Shown piece after piece: positions 63,333-64,000 of a stretch of 64,000 nucleotides of DNA. The stretch is from a bacterium. GTDB taxonomy: Bacteria; SAR324; NAC60-12. Numbering within the stretch: the first letter of the stretch is position 1; each line of letters begins with the position of its first letter. Below the pieces are notes generated by a model. It had not been told where the DNA came from and did not search any database. It saw nothing but the letters and a program-made list of their open reading frames with translations. Both the position numbers and the translations under genes were made by a program. The stretch covers positions 672,001 to 736,000 of the forward strand of contig CBDBHR010000029.1 of the NCBI GenBank assembly GCA_965205865.1. The letters are read 5' to 3'.

Positions 63333-64000
63333 CCTAAATCCTGCAATTAGATGACAATCAAACATGGAAATGGTAATATACTCAAATAGTTAACAGCAGA
63401 ATCAACATTTTAAGAGATCACCATTTCCATGAAAAACAAAGGTAGCGCAAGATCGGCAAGAACGACAGCAAAAAACATCCATATCAGCCAGGGAGGCAGA
63501 GACCTGACCGCGCAAGCAGGCTTGATTCCGGTTGTCAAATTTTTTCACAAAGAAGGGATTGTTTCAAAGACAGAGCAGACCGTAGATCATCGGCGTGGCG
63601 CCACGGGTCTTTATGACGCGGTGGACATGGTCATTTTGTCGGTGGTCGGCATTGTTGGTGGCGCCCGTTCGATTCGTTCGATTGTGACAGTTTGGAACGA
63701 CCGTGTTTTGAGTCGTGTGGCCGGTTGGCTGAGGATTCCGGATGAAACCACATTCGGCCGGATACTGCGTACTTTCACACAGAAAAACATCAATGAGATG
63801 GAGAGCTTGAACCATCGGATTCGAGCCGGTATCTGGCGTAAGGCGCTTCGAAGTGGGACAAGCATCGTTGGGGTGTTACACTGTCTTGTGATTGACGTGG
63901 ACTCCACTGTGAAAACGGCCTACGGCAAGCAGCAAGGAGTGTCTGTCGGATATAATCCCCACAAACGCGGTGCAGCTTCGTATCATCCTCTGCTGGCATT
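63333..64000 (+). mobile_element. IS1380 family element, 5' part (transposase from ATG 63429, runs off the window)
   Basis: Left TIR CCTAAATCCTGCAAT; LTAQAGL, PDETT.GR, IDVDST...YGKQQG...GYNP.KRG..SYHPL. Confidence 0.92.

Overview
Bacterial genomic window, probably from a deltaproteobacterium-like organism (inferred from gene content; not provable here). Two blocks of housekeeping genes are present. The first is priA-uvrB-truA-trxA-lipA-6S RNA-zapB-dxs (1.1-10.8 kb). The second is thrC-lpxL-larB-hydrolase-pilD/pilMNOP-like-phosphotransferase (33.6-42.5 kb). Two highly rearranged accessory regions separate and follow them. Region 11-33 kb holds three near-identical Rpn nuclease modules, intact and decayed peptide-ABC loci, surE, a PEP-utilising pseudogene carrying a MITE, and prlF-yhaV. 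Region 43-64 kb holds the most striking system: three near-identical Y1/HUH (RAYT-like) transposase elements bounded by GGGGTCAGGCTTGAAAGTTTG inverted repeats, and a group II intron family inserted at exactly one position in that repeat (GGGGTCAGGCT|). One transposase copy has the empty site, one carries an ORF-less mini-intron, and one carries the full RT-encoding intron. Further intron copies sit in stand-alone repeat doublets, and one copy is part of a three-way nested chimeric intron. Unrelated cargo genes lie between these repeat-bounded units. IS1595, IS5 and IS1380 elements are also present.
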